Shown here piece after piece: positions 28,385 to 41,358 of a stretch of 64,000 bases of DNA (the stretch's first letter is position 1; every line of letters starts with the position of its first letter). The stretch covers positions 36,828,001 through 36,892,000 of the forward strand of contig NC_043008.1 of NCBI RefSeq assembly GCF_006345805.1, read 5' to 3'. The stretch is from Octopus sinensis (Eukaryota). The notes beneath the pieces are model-generated. The model was not told the DNA's origin. It did not search any database and saw nothing but the letters and a program-made list of their open reading frames with translations. The translations under genes and the position numbers were made by a program.

Positions 28385-29232
28385 TTGGCTACCAAGTGCC
28401 ATCATATTGTAGGAACTATCTTCTTACTGGATATACATGTGGAAATTTGTGAGTTTCTGTAGAGTCTATACATAAGAATTTTAATACAAGAAGATAGAAT
28501 GAACAGGCTTCAAGAAGGTTCTCGGTGCTTCAATTCAGTCCAGCCACTGTGAAGAACATCTTTTACTATTCTACAGAATCCACTTTTCATCACAAATTAC
28601 AATACAGTCAAGAAATGGATCGGTCTGGTTATGGAGAAGAAGTGTCGAACAAATTTCATATCTGCGCATTTTCTGATTTTCATTCAAATTGTGTGGTATC
28701 CATTTGTTGAGCTTTTTTGATCTTCCGATCGCATGCAAATAGTTGCTGGCAATATTTTGGCTAATTTGAAGTTCTTTTGCCAGTTCTCAAGTGGTTTTAC
28801 ATGGATCTTTTTCAATGAAGGTCTTTAATAGACTGTCATCAATTACAGATGGGTATCCACTCCACTCACGATTTTCAAGGCCTAGGTCTCCACTGCAAAA
28901 TCATTTAAAGCATTTTTGAGCTGGCTACTCACTGGTCATTTCCTCACCAAATGTTTCATTGATATGGCAAATAGCTGCAGCTGCTTTACAAGCTTTTTTG
29001 AAGTTGAATGGCAAAATGGCTCAAATATCACTCTTTGACTGTTCCATTTCAGATGACTGTTACCACAGTGAAAAAAATATCAATAGTAGTTTATTGATGC
29101 ATTTAGGCAAGTCTATGTCTGGATTATCAGACAATTGCAAAAAAAATGTTTAGAAAAAATTCAAAACTCTGCAAAAATCCGTACAAATTCTTCATGGTTC
29201 AAAATGTTGCTTACTTTTTACTCAACCTGATG
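28385..29232 (-). mobile_element. Degenerate mariner transposon (N-terminal half of transposase + one TIR)
   Basis: Minus strand translates to ..FKKACKAAAAICHINETFG..CSGDLGLENREWSGYPSVID..LHAIGRSKKLNKWIPHNL..PFLDCIVICDEKWIL (WVPHEL and TCDEKW motifs). TIR-like tcaggttgagtaaaaagtaagc at ~29201-29230. Confidence 0.85.
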
Positions 29233-30449
29233 AGTGTGTGTGTGTGTGTGTGTATTTGCGCATGTGTGTGTGTGTATGTGTGTGTGTGTGTATGTGTGTG
29301 TGTGTGTACTCTAGTTGTTTCATTTCATTGCTTTCTAGATATAGCGAACACACTTCTCTGCATCATTAGAGCAAATATATTTTAGAAGAGAATTGATATC
29401 TTCTCCCTACACCCAGTCAATGAATCAAAGAAAACTGAATGAGCAAAATTATTTATCCATATGAGGATAATGGAACTCATAAAACTTGAACACATGACTT
29501 AGTATTCCTCAGTAATCTATCACCTTTAACTTTACAGCTGTTTATCTAATAAACACAATACCTGTAAATTTCGGAATCTGCTCAGAAGTTTGAAAAAGAA
29601 AACTGTAACAATTTTGAGACATTTTTTTTAGAAAATTACATTTTATTTTAGTTATTTTTTTTTATACTATGGTTTAGAGAAATTCCTGGGTTTCTTTGCT
29701 TAGTGTAAGAATTTATGTGTGTGTGTGTGTGTGTGAATGTATGTATATATTTGTGTGTGTGTGTAAATGCATGTGTGTATTTATATATAGGCATATATAT
29801 ATATGTCCATGTCAGCATGGAAGACGGACGTTAAATGTTGACGATGATGTATGTGTGTGTGTGTGTAATATATATATATGTATATATGATTTCACCTCCA
29901 GGAATATTTAATAGTCATGGATCATGGCATTTTATTTAATTATATTTAGTTAAAAATTCCTAGTTTTAGGCTAGTGAAGGTACATTACAGGTTGTTTACT
30001 TGTGAACATAAATTGGAAACCAAGGAGTGACTACACATCTGCCTGAAGAGATGCAAAAGAAAAATATCTTCACATTTCTAAATTAGAGCACTTGTTGTCC
30101 TTGACTTTCACCCCAAAAAAATAAAAACAACAAAAAAGAAACAACAAAGAGAATATGACTCCTAATCTGAACTCTAAAGATTTTTCACTTTGTTCAAGAC
30201 ATAAATATATTTTTGAACTATGAAGTATTTTTAAATACTATAAGTTTTAAAAAGTTTGCTTCCTGACTGCATGGTACCAGGTTCAGTCTCACTGTGTGGC
30301 CTAGCTTCTTTAACAATAGCCCAAGGTAGACCAAGGCCTTGTTGAGTGGATTTGATTAACAGAAACTGAAAAAAAAAAGACACACACACACATGCACACA
30401 AACACATATAGATAGATAAATAGATATGAGTGTGTGTGTAAATATATAT

Positions 30450-30455
30450 CATCAT

Positions 30456-30503
<48 letters not shown>

Positions 30504-30765
30504 TTAACGTTCACTTTCCATGCTGGCATGGGTTGGACGGTTTGACTGAGGGGTGGCAAGCCGGGAGGCTGTACCAGGCTCTAATCTGATCTGGCAAGGT
30601 TTCCACAGCTGGATGCTCTTCCTAACACCAGCCACTCTGTGAGTGTAGTGGGTGATTTTTACATACCACCGACAAGGGACCCAGTCAAGGAGCACTGGCT
30701 TCGACTGCGTTTGGATGGTGCTTTTTACGGGAGCCAGTCTAGAGGCACTGGCATTGACCATATTT
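30450..30765 (-). mobile_element. RTE 3' tail fragment
   Basis: (CAT)n followed by ttaacgttcactttccatgctggcatgggttggacgg. Confidence 0.8.
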
Positions 30766-30794
30766 ATGTATATTTGTATATACATATATACAGG

Positions 30795-31035
30795 TAGATG
30801 TGTGTAGCTTAGTGGTTAGGGTGTTGGACTCATGATCGTAAGATTGTGGTTTCAATTCCTGGACTAGGTTACACATTGTGTTCTTGAGCAAAACACTTCA
30901 TTTCACCTTCCTCCAGTCCACTCAGCTGGCAACAATGAGTAATCCTTTGAGGGATTGGTGTTCCATTCATTTGGGAAGTATATACACCACTGAAATCGGG
31001 AAACCATCCCTTATGAGCCTGACATGGCCAAGAAG
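30795..31035 (+). mobile_element. tRNA-derived SINE, S1-related (diverged)
   Basis: gtgtagcttagtggttagggtgttggactcatgatcgtaagattgtggtttcaattcc head, ending in gggaaaccatcccttatgagcc. Confidence 0.7.
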
Positions 31036-31326
31036 GAAACATTTATTTTATTTTATATACATGTATGTATATATGTATGAATATATGTATGTATGCATTT
31101 ACGTATGTATGTTTCAATAATAATAAAGGGTAAAATTCATTAATCAATTAATAATTAATAATTTTACCAAGTAGTTTGGTATGTTAAAAGAACCATTATT
31201 GATAATTTTATACAAAAATTCTATACTTATAAGCATAATGATAATTATAATTATAGAATTTTTGTATGTATGTATGTGTATATATGTGTATGTGTGTGTG
31301 TGCCTATACACTCATACACATACACA

Positions 31327-32135
31327 TACAAGGTGCATTTTAGAAGCAGGTATAACTGTCTTAGATTATTGTAATCTTAGTGTGTATTTACTATACATCT
31401 CATATTAACCTGCCAACTTCTGTTATTGTAGAGTGAAGGAGATGACTGTAAAAACATTTTGAACACCCATCTGCTAAACAGAGCTTGTCACAGCTGACTA
31501 GTTTGCAGAATGTAGTCAGGATGTGAAGACAGTTCAGAGGCTCACTTTGTGATAAAGTTTTGAGTTACACTGCAAAAGTGTTACAGGAACTTATGGAATG
31601 CTCTGCACTGCATTTATGGATTAGCTTGTATGAGCCAAGCATATAATTTTTACTGTTACAAGAGACCAGGCAAAAAAAGGCCACCAGAAAAGTCATGTTG
31701 ATCTCCTTCTTTGACAGCAAAGTATCATCTATATCCACTGGCTTCCCTCTGGTCAGACAGTCAGCAAGGAGTGCTTTGTGGAGGTTTTGATTGAGTTTAG
31801 GAAGAGTTTTTTGTCATTTTGCCACAAAAGCCCAGAGTACCTGCACCAAAGCAAAGAGGGGCATCAGAACTGCTACTCACCCTCCCTACCGTCCAAACCT
31901 TGCCCCCTGTGACTTTAGGTTGTTCCCCAAGCTGAAAAAGAAAAGGAAGGAGGCTTTGACAAGAGCCCTGGACACCTTCACTTTGGCGGGCTTCCATGGG
32001 GACTTCCCAAAGTCATCTCGAGTGATAGAACAGGTGCACTGATACAGAGTTCCTACTGTGAAGGAGATTTTGTACTTTCAAATTAATAAATGTCTCTCCT
32101 GAAAATGTCTCAAAACTTCTGGAATGCATCTTGTA
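31327..32135 (+). mobile_element. Internally deleted mariner element with both TIRs
   Basis: KVMLISFFDSK..IYIHWLPSGQTV and HPPYRPNLAPCDFRLFPKLK motifs. Left tacaaggtgcattttagaag matches the reverse complement of the right end, tacaagatgcattccagaag. Confidence 0.82.
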
Positions 32136-33199
32136 TATTTGTGTGTGTGTGTGTGTGTGTGTGTGTGGCTGTGTGTATCTATGTGTGAGAATCTTTGTGT
32201 TTCTCCCTCATCATTACTAGACAACCGGTGTAGATTTGTTTATATCCGGTAACTTAGCCAATTAAGCAAAAACTGACTGACGGGAACAAGAAAATGGTAA
32301 AAGATAAGTGATAGGAAAATGTTTCCTATTACTGCAGTTTGGTATTTTGCATAATCTTAAGACTTATTTCCAGTTTACAATGTAGTATGTGTTAGATATA
32401 AAATATCATGTGGTCATTCTGATCTCCTCATCTATATGTGAATATTGTAAAGAGCAAAGGACATGAAAGCTTCATGAGATGGTTGAATACAAACGTTGTG
32501 TCTCTCAAGGCCTTCGTTAGGGACATCACTAAGTTGTGCTTTAAACCATGCAACTTAGAAGTGATAAAGAATTTACCGACTGTCAGAAGTTCTTTCAGTA
32601 ATTTGGATATTTCACCATACCATTTTGTTGTGTGTATAATGCGGCATAATAATATATGGGTTGTTTGCTCTAGATGTATATTTTATATCGTTTGCACTGT
32701 TTGCAATCAGATGTTATTAAAACTGAAATATTTGAAACATTTGAAACATAGCCGTCCAACCCATGCTAGCATGGAAAGCGGACGTTAAACGATGATGATG
32801 ATGATGATGATTTACCTTCCTCTATGCTCTGTCTTATCAAGAGACTTTGCATTGCTCACCTATTTTTCCTCATATGTTCATGTCCGGTTTGGGTGTTCCA
32901 TTCAGAATTGCAAGGTCATGATTTCAATTGTCAGACCAGGTAGTGAGTTATGTTTTTGAGCAAAACACTTCCTTTCCTGTTTCTCCAGTCCACTTAAATG
33001 TAAATGAATTACTCCGGTATGGACTGGCATCACATTTAGGAGATGCAATCCACCACACATTGACAAGGACTGGACCTTGTGGTGGGCTATCACATGTACT
33101 TGAATCACATAGAGTCTTCTAGCATTTCAAACCGAGTACATTGTCTCTCAGAGTAACAACTACATAGTATATAGTATTTGTACTATATGGTACATATAA

Positions 33200-33612
33200 A
33201 GGCGGTGAGCTGGCAGAGACATTAGCACACCTGGTGAAATGCTTTGAGGTACTTCATCTGCCGCTACGTTCTGAGTTCAAATTCTGCCGAGGTCAACTTT
33301 GCCTTTCATCCTTTTGAAGTCAATTAAATAAGTACCAGTTACGCACTGGGGTCGATATAATCAACTTAATCCGTTTGTCTGTCCTTGTTTGTCCTCTCTG
33401 TGTTTAGCCCCTTATGGGTAGTAAAATAATAGGTATTTCGTCTGCCGTTACGTTCTGAGTTCAAATTCCGCTGAGGTCGACTTTGCCTTTCATCCTTTCG
33501 CGGTCAATAAATAAAGTACCAGTTATGCACTGGAGTTGATGTAATTGACTTAATCCCTTTGTCTGTCTTTGTTTGTCCCCTCTATGTTTAGCCCCTTGTG
33601 GGCAGTAAAGAA
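33200..33612 (+). mobile_element. SINE family S3, one full copy plus a tandem partial copy
   Basis: ggcggtgagctggcag head; ctgagttcaaattc B box twice (~33271, ~33456); gcctttcatcct...aagtaccagtta core. Confidence 0.82.
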
Positions 33613-33629
33613 ATATATATAGTACATAT

Positions 33630-34040
33630 AAAGCACCATCCGTTCGCGTCCGTTGCCAGCCTCGGCTGGCCCCGTGCCGGTGACACGTAAAAGCACCTTC
33701 CGTTCGTGGCCGTTTGCCAGCTCTGTCTGGCCCCGTGTCGGTGGTACGTAAAAGCACCATCCGTTCGTGTCCGTTGCCAGCATCGCCTGGCCCCGTGCCG
33801 GTGACACGTAAAAGCACCATCCGTTCGTGGCTGTTCCCCAGCTCTGTCTGGCACCTGTGCAGGTGGCACGTAAAAAACACCCACTACACTCGCGGAGTGG
33901 TTGGCGTTAGGAAGGGCATCCAGCCGTAGAAACACTGCCAGATCTGACTGGGCCTGACGAAGCCTTCCAGCTTCACAGACCCCAGTTGACCCGTCCAACC
34001 CATGCTAGCATGGAAAGTGGACGCTAAATGATGATGATGA
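33630..34040 (+). mobile_element. RTE 3'UTR/tail fragment with four ~59-bp internal repeats
   Basis: aaagcaccatccgttcg...ggtgacacgta occurs four times (33630-33870), followed by the shared tail and (GAT)n. Confidence 0.88.
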
Positions 34041-35287
34041 TATAGTATTTGTACAGTTTTAGTAATTGTTAGTGGCATGTTGGTAGAGTATTTTATTATG
34101 TCTTCAACAGAAGGTTGTAATGTACCACTGGGCTTTTAATAGTTCATTTAAAATTTTTCCTCTTCTAATTAGTGTTTTATTACAACTGAAATATTGATTA
34201 AATTTTGATTTTTATCGTTAATTATTCAGCACTGTATTGTCAGACATTGCTCTTTTTTTACTTACAAACTCTAAACTTTAATTGCTATATGGTTGCTTGA
34301 TCTTGTAGAATTAGTAGCTAAAGCTCTTAAATCATGTTCTATCATCTTATTGGACAAAGTTATCCTGCACTTACCAAAAGACGGGATGGTCATGGCTGAT
34401 CTGACTTTAGATTACAGAACTGTTCCAACATGGCTAACTTGGGTTTAAATATTAAGAACTACTAGCCTGGCGCTGCTTGGGTTTGTTTAGAATTTAGAAT
34501 TGGAATTTTTCAAAAGTAAAAATTTTGCATTATGTAGCTTGTTATTCTCTTTGAGTGAACATTTTTCTGGTTGAAATACACCAAAAAATGGCAACACAGC
34601 AGTCAAAAAATTGTAAAAAATAGGCATTTTCATAGAAAAAAAGCACATTTTTTATGTAAATAACTTTTGGTGTTAACATGGTCCGATTTGAATTTTTTCT
34701 TCTATGGAAGGAAGAGCAAGCATTCTTCTATCATACTCTCAATTTTGGTCAACTTGCACTGCAGAGTCTTGGAGGGGATAGTATTAGTTGAAGGCTACCA
34801 AGCCTGCCACACACACAGACAACTTCAGCTTTATATATATATAGATTTGTTAAACATATGGAATATCTTTTACACTTATTATTTCCTACATGTAAACTCT
34901 CTTTGATCTCTGTGTCTGTCTTTCTATCTGTTTCTTCATACCTCTCTTGCTCCTCTTCTTTTTCCTCTTTCCTCTTTTCTTCACTCTGTCTCTCCTTTTT
35001 CTCTTTGTTTCTTTTCTCTCACTTCCTTCATGCTACCCCCCCTTTGTCTCTGACTATCATCTCTTTCTTCCCATTCTTTCTCTCTATTCCCCCTTTCTTC
35101 TCTCTTGTTTCTCTCCTTTCACCCCCCTGCCTCTCTCTGTTCTTTCTCTCTCTTTCTGTGTACCTCTCTTTTTTTACACTCACTTTTACTATCCGTTAAT
35201 TACTCATAATTAGGTTTACTACACTAATAGTAAAATGTAATAATACAAAGTGCTACCTATACCAAGTTAAGACAAATAATAATAATT

Positions 35288-35328
<41 letters not shown>

Positions 35329-35881
35329 AAATGATGATAATGATAATGATAATAGTAATTATAAAAGTGATAATAATAATAGTAATAATAAATCAATAAA
35401 TAATCAAATAATTCAATAAATAAATATGCGCATATAACTAAAACAAAATGTAAGAAAGAAAAAGCATATTTTATTTCATTACTGCCGTAGATAATTATCA
35501 ATTATAATTATAAGTTAAATGTAAAAAAAGTAAATAATTGTAAAATATTATTTTCAAATTTATTTTGAAAAATAGTGAAAATTAAATTTTCTCTCTAGTT
35601 AAAGACATAGATACAATTTAACTGTGTGACTTGTTTGGGTTTCTTCTTCAAATGATGCCACATGTTTGTAAAATATGGTACATTAGTACGTGAAATATCA
35701 AAATGATGATGATGATTATGATAATTATCATCATTGTTACTATCATCATACACACCACCACCATCACCACCACCACCACCACCATCGTCATCATTGTGTT
35801 TTATTTTTATTTATCCGTTTATTTGTATAAAAATGGTTGGTAATACATTACTGAATGTATGTGTATATGTATATACATATA

Positions 35882-35923
<42 letters not shown>

Positions 35924-35924
35924 C

Positions 35925-35960
<36 letters not shown>

Positions 35961-35964
<4 letters not shown>

Positions 35965-36300
35965 GGTTCAGTGGTTAAAGCATCAGCCTTACAATTGTGA
36001 GGTTGTGAGTTCCTTTCCTAGATTGGACTCTGTGTTGTTTTCTTGAGCAATACACTTTATTTCACATTGCTCCTGTTCACTCTGCTATAGAAATGACTTA
36101 CAATTCCTCTGGTGCCAAGCTGTATCGACTTTTGCCTTTTCCTTGGACATCAACACCATTAGTATGGAGAGAGGAAACCGGAATGCATGGGCTACTGCAG
36201 GTCCTCTACAAAACAACCTTGCCCTGACTTGTGCCTTGAAGGAACTTTTTTTGAGCAATCACATGGTCATTCGTGACCAAAGGAGATCTTTACTCTTTGT
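35961..36300 (+). mobile_element. tRNA-derived SINE, S1-related (diverged)
   Basis: atggttcagtggttaaagc...gtgagttccttt head; ttcttgagcaatacactttatttcac body shared with 30795. Confidence 0.65.
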
Positions 36301-36724
36301 ACATATGCATACATGCATACAAACCACAGATACAAATACATACACACAATCACACCCTCACACATTTATAAAATATATTGGTTTGATTTGGATTTTTAAG
36401 TTTTTCCAGTTGCTGCATAATAGTTAAATATGCCACTACAAGTGAAAGGTGAAGTTCAGATTACTGTGAAATGCAATGCTCATTTTTCTTGTTTTGAATT
36501 AGTCATGTATTATCTCATATTTTTAAGATTTCATTGATATGAGTGTTTATTTTTAGAATGACACTGTTGGGTAGGTGTGAGAGGATAAATCTAGTTGGGA
36601 TACAGAACAGATAGAATATTGGGGCTAGATATGTTAAAGGACTCAGGCATTAAATTCTTTCTTTCTCCTCTACATCATCATTTTATGATGATGTACATAC
36701 TCATTATTGCTTATAATGAATATT

Positions 36725-37092
36725 CTTTCCTACTCTAGGCACAAGGCCCAAAATTTGAGGGGAGGGGGCCAGTCGATTGGATCGACCCCAGTACGCAACT
36801 GGTACTTAATTTATCAACCCTAAAAGGATGACAGGCTAATTTGACCTCGGCAGAATTTGAAGTGAGAACGTAAACACAAGGGGCTACACCACAGGGGACA
36901 AACAAGGACAAACAAATGGATTAAGTCGATTATATTGACCCCAGTGCGTAACTGGTACTTATTTAATTGACCCCGAAAGGATGAAAGGCAAAGTCGACCT
37001 CGGCGGAATTTGAACTCAGAACGTAGCAGCAGACAAAATACCGCTAAGCATTTTGCTGGCGTGCTAACCGTTCTGCCAGCTTGCCACCTTGC
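36725..37092 (-). mobile_element. SINE family S3 copies (two nested or adjacent)
   Basis: Reverse-complement copies of the S3 core (gaccccgaaaggatgaaaggcaaagtcgacctcggcggaatttgaactcag). Confidence 0.8.
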
Positions 37093-37308
37093 TTATAATG
37101 GATATTGTAACAACCCCTAACAAGTATATGTTTTAGCAATATCAATAGACTAGTCTGATTTCGGATTCTTGCTGAATGGCTATCATGACAAGACAAGAGA
37201 AATAGTACCACTAACACTGTTAGAATTAAATCATGTTTCCTGATGACATATCATTTAAATGTTCATGTACAACAAAACATTTTGATGCTTCATATATATA
37301 ATATATTA

Positions 37309-37339
<31 letters not shown>

Positions 37340-37366
37340 ATCTGTCTATCAATTTGTATATATATG

Positions 37367-37398
<32 letters not shown>

Positions 37399-38002
37399 TA
37401 TAAAACATTCCTGTTGTAATTGACAAAAAGAAAATGGAAATATATTGCTGATTAAGCAAAGATTTAATGAAGTCAGAAAGATAATGTTTGATGGCATACT
37501 CTGCTTAAATCGAATCCCATACGCCACACATATCCATTATATATATATACATAAATACATACTATAATATATATATATATATAATATATATATATTATAT
37601 AATATGTATGTATATTGCATACAAACTTCATCACAGACACTAACAGATATCAACTTTTATCTAGACTCTGTTTGTTTGTTCGCCTCCCCCACCATTCCAT
37701 TCATCCGTCTCTCATTGTTTTTCTTTTTCTTCTGTGTTTGTTTTCTTTGACAGAGGTCGGAAAGTGTACGAAGCACCGCGATTCATGACCATAGCACAGG
37801 CAGCTCACCAACTTCTGACAATCATCAGTAAAATGCAAAGCACTAATCAACATGAAACGGGTAAAGTGTTTTTCTATTTGATATTTACGAAAAAATTTCT
37901 TTGAGATATATATATATATATGCATATGAGTGTGAGTGTATGTATGTATGTGTATGTATATATACTTGTGTGTGTGTGTATACTCATATATGTACACACA
38001 AA

Positions 38003-38034
<32 letters not shown>

Positions 38035-38659
38035 TATGCATGTGTATGTTTTATATATTTTCTGCATTTCTATCTCTGCCATATATTTCTTTTCACTTCC
38101 ATTTGATTTTAAAAAAAAAAATTTTTTTTTTTCTAAAAATGGATTCTATCTGGTTTTCAAAAATCGTATATAGATAGAAAGAGAAAAAAGAAATGGAAAG
38201 ATATAGTTATATTTATTTTCTATGTGTTTATTATATAAAATTGTTTCTTTTTATTTAATTTCATGAATATTTTAATACTTTTAACTTTTTTTATTTCTAA
38301 AATAGTGTAAAAATTTGTGGAACTCATTTAATTTTTCTTTTATTCTAACTGTCCATCACACACACACACACACACACACATGCACACACACACATGCACA
38401 CACACACATGCGCACAAACACACATGCACACACACAGACACACACACACGTGCACACAAATGCACACACACACACATATTCCAAAAATTTATACTTGTTA
38501 TATAGTTTGAATGTATTTATTTTTATATTCTTTTATTTGTATTATTACTAGAATTTTTTTTTCTTTTTCGTAAAAATAGTCTTGTGTGAAAATATGAAAA
38601 AACTGTTATATTGTTTTTGTTATTTATTTTTTTTCAAACCAATGATTCTTAAAACCAGA

Positions 38660-38970
38660 TAGACATCTATTTTGACTTTATATAATATTCATTTGACATT
38701 ATATAATATTCTCTTGTTACTGTCTTGGTGTTTTTTGGCTGTTTGCTCAAGTTAGAACATTCATTGTTATATCGTGAGGCATTTTGCGAAATATAAAAGG
38801 GCCCTTCATAGAATGAGAGTGAGAACAATTTTTCAAAGTGATGCTCTTCCTTGTCAGTGTCACTTTGTCCACATGTATTGTTAAACGATTGATAAAAATC
38901 CCCCCTGGAATACTTATTTTCTTTCCACATGATGTCTGATGATAAAATCTCTAAGCCCAATAACACAATG
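38660..38970 (-). pseudogene. Possible Penelope-like RT thumb/linker remnant
   Basis: With one frameshift it reads ..CVIGLRDFIIRHHV..ENKYSRGIFINRLTIHVDKVTL.., resembling the PLE C....DF.....L...GYP..FI region. Weak. Confidence 0.3.
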
Positions 38971-39375
38971 CACTACATACATACATGCATGCATACATAC
39001 ATATATGCATACATACATACATACATACATACATACATACATACACACTAATTAATATATATATATATATATATATATGTGTAAATGTAAATATATCTAT
39101 GTATATATATATATATATATATTTAAAAATTAAGGGTAGAAATTGATATTAGTCAATTAAAACCAGTGGTCTAGCACATTAAAAAGAATCCGAAGATTAA
39201 AATATTTATATATACCAATTAAGGACTGAACACGAAAAGGTGGACAGTCAACATGCTAGATATAGACGTCAAATCGCCATTCTCCACAAAGATTTTGTTC
39301 TCAAATAAAAATAAAATTCAGCACGACCTAAAGCAATGGATGAGACAAAAGAAAAATACTAAATGGAATAATTAC

Positions 39376-39435
39376 CTACGTACTGCAGTTTCAGCTATTA
39401 ATATCACAAGGATATCTGTAACTTCATCAGCGTAG
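39376..39435 (-). ncRNA. Type I hammerhead ribozyme, array unit 1 (complete core)
   Basis: Minus strand reads cuacg-CUGAUGA-aguua(21-nt loop)uagcu-GAAA-cugcag-UA-cguag: 5-bp helix I, 5-bp helix II, palindromic ACUGCAGU helix III, GUA cleavage triplet. Confidence 0.88.
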
Positions 39436-39875
39436 TTGTTATGAGCATAATATGCTGTACTAGATGAAAAACGGTACCGGAGTCCCGCATGCAAAAAGTA
39501 CAACCTATACGTTCGGATGTATCTTTCGAATGCCTCTACTTTTGGCGCGCTGATAATCGAAAAACTAGCCTCAGTTAATAAATTAGCAGCAGTCAATTTA
39601 TCGGTTTGAGAACATATTTTCATATTTAAAAATTAAGGGTAGAAATTGATATTAGTCAATTAAAACCAGTGGTCTAGCACATTAAAAAGAATCCGAAGAT
39701 TAAAATATTTATATACCAATTAAGGACTGAACACGAAAAGGTGGACAGTCAACTGCTAGATATAGACGTCAAATCGCCATTCTCCACAAAGATTTTGTTC
39801 TCAAATAAAAATAAAATTCAGCACGACCTAAAGCAATGGATGAGACAAAAGAAAAATACTAAATGGAATAATTAC

Positions 39876-39935
39876 CTGCGTACTGCAGTTTCAGCTATTA
39901 ATATCACAAGGATATCTGTAACTTCATCAGCGTAG
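39876..39935 (-). ncRNA. Type I hammerhead ribozyme, array unit 2 (complete core, one helix I mismatch)
   Basis: Same as unit 1 except the 3' helix I strand reads cgcag instead of cguag. Confidence 0.83.
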
Positions 39936-40376
39936 TTTGTTATGAGCATAATATGCTGTACTAATGAAAAACGGTACCGGAGTCCCGCATGCAAAAAGTA
40001 CAACCTATTACGTTCGGATGTATCTTTCGAATGCCTCTACTTTTGGCGCGCTGATAATCGAAAAACTAGCCTGCAGTTAATAAATTAGCAGCATCAATTT
40101 ATCGGTTTGAGAACATATATTTCATATTTAAAAATTAAGGTAGAAAATTGATATTAGTCAATTAAAACCAGTGGTCTAGCACATTAAAAAGAATCCGAAG
40201 ATTAAAATATTTATATATACCAATTAAGGACTGAACACGAAAAGGTGGACAGTCAACATGCTATAGACGTCAAATCGCCATTCTCCACAAAGATTTTGTT
40301 CTCAAATAAAAATAAAATTCAGCACGACCTAAAGCAATGGATGAGACAAAAGAAAAATACTAAATGGAATAATTAC

Positions 40377-40436
40377 CTACGTACTGCAGTTTCAGCTATT
40401 AATATCACAAGGATATCTGTAACTTCATCAGCGTAG
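40377..40436 (-). ncRNA. Type I hammerhead ribozyme, array unit 3 (complete core)
   Basis: Reverse complement of ctacg-ta-ctgcag-tttc-agcta...taact-tcatcag-cgtag, identical in motif to unit 1. Confidence 0.88.
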
Positions 40437-41136
40437 TTTGTTATGAGCATAATATGCTGTACTAGATGAAAAACGGTACCGGAGTCCCGCATGCAAAAAG
40501 TACAACCTATTACGTTCGGATGTATCTTTCGAATGCCTCTACTTTTGGCGCGCTGATAATCGAAAAACTAGCCTGCAGTTAATAAATTAGCAGCAGTCAA
40601 TTTATCGGTTTGAGAACATATATTTCATATTTAAAAATTAAGGGTAGAAATTGATATTAGTCAATTAAAACCAGTGGTCTAGCACATTAAAAAGAATCCG
40701 AAGATTAGTATTTTTCTTTTGTCTCATCCATTGCTTTAGGTCGTGCTGAATTTTATTTTTATTTGAGAACAAAATCTTTGTGGAGAATGGCGATTTGACG
40801 TCTATATCTAGCATGTTGACTGTCCACCTTTTCGTGTTCAGTCCTTAATTGGTATATATAAATATTTAATCTTCGGATTCTTTTTAATGTGCTAGACCAC
40901 TGGTTTTAATTGACTAATATCAATTTCTACCCTTAATTTTTAATATGAAATATATGTTCTCAAACCGATAAATTGACTGCTGCTAATTTTATTAACTGCA
41001 GGCTAGTTTTTCGATTATCAGCGCGCCAAAAGTAGAGGCATTCGAAAGATACATCCGAACGTAATAGGTTGTACTTTTTGCATGCGGGACTCCGGTACCG
41101 TTTTTCATCTAGTACAGCATATTATGCTCATAACAA

Positions 41137-41196
41137 CTACGCTGATGAAGTTACAGATATCCTTGTGATATTAATAGCTGAAACTGCAGTACGTAG
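41137..41196 (+). ncRNA. Type I hammerhead ribozyme, inverted arm of array (complete core)
   Basis: ctacg CTGATGA agtta cagatatccttgtgatattaa tagct GAAA ctgcag TA cgtag read directly on the + strand. Confidence 0.88.
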
Positions 41197-41358
41197 GTAA
41201 TTATTCCATTTAGTATTTTTCTTTTGTCTCATCCATTGCTTTAGGTCGTGCTGAATTTTATTTTTATTTGAGAACAAATCTTTTTGTGGAGAATGGCGAT
41301 TTGACGTCTATATCTAGCATGTTGACTGTCCACCTTTTCGTGTTCAGTCCTTAATTGG

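Noticed and set aside
39121-39623. Many 6-bp palindromes (restriction-site-like) in the array unit suggesting synthetic DNA
   Set aside because: About eight palindromic 6-mers per 500 bp is roughly the chance expectation, and the TA-flanked inverted insertion looks natural.
39253-40436. Repeated ~60-aa ORF in the array units
   Set aside because: It lies antisense to the ribozyme, has no recognisable domain, and its start varies between units through indels.
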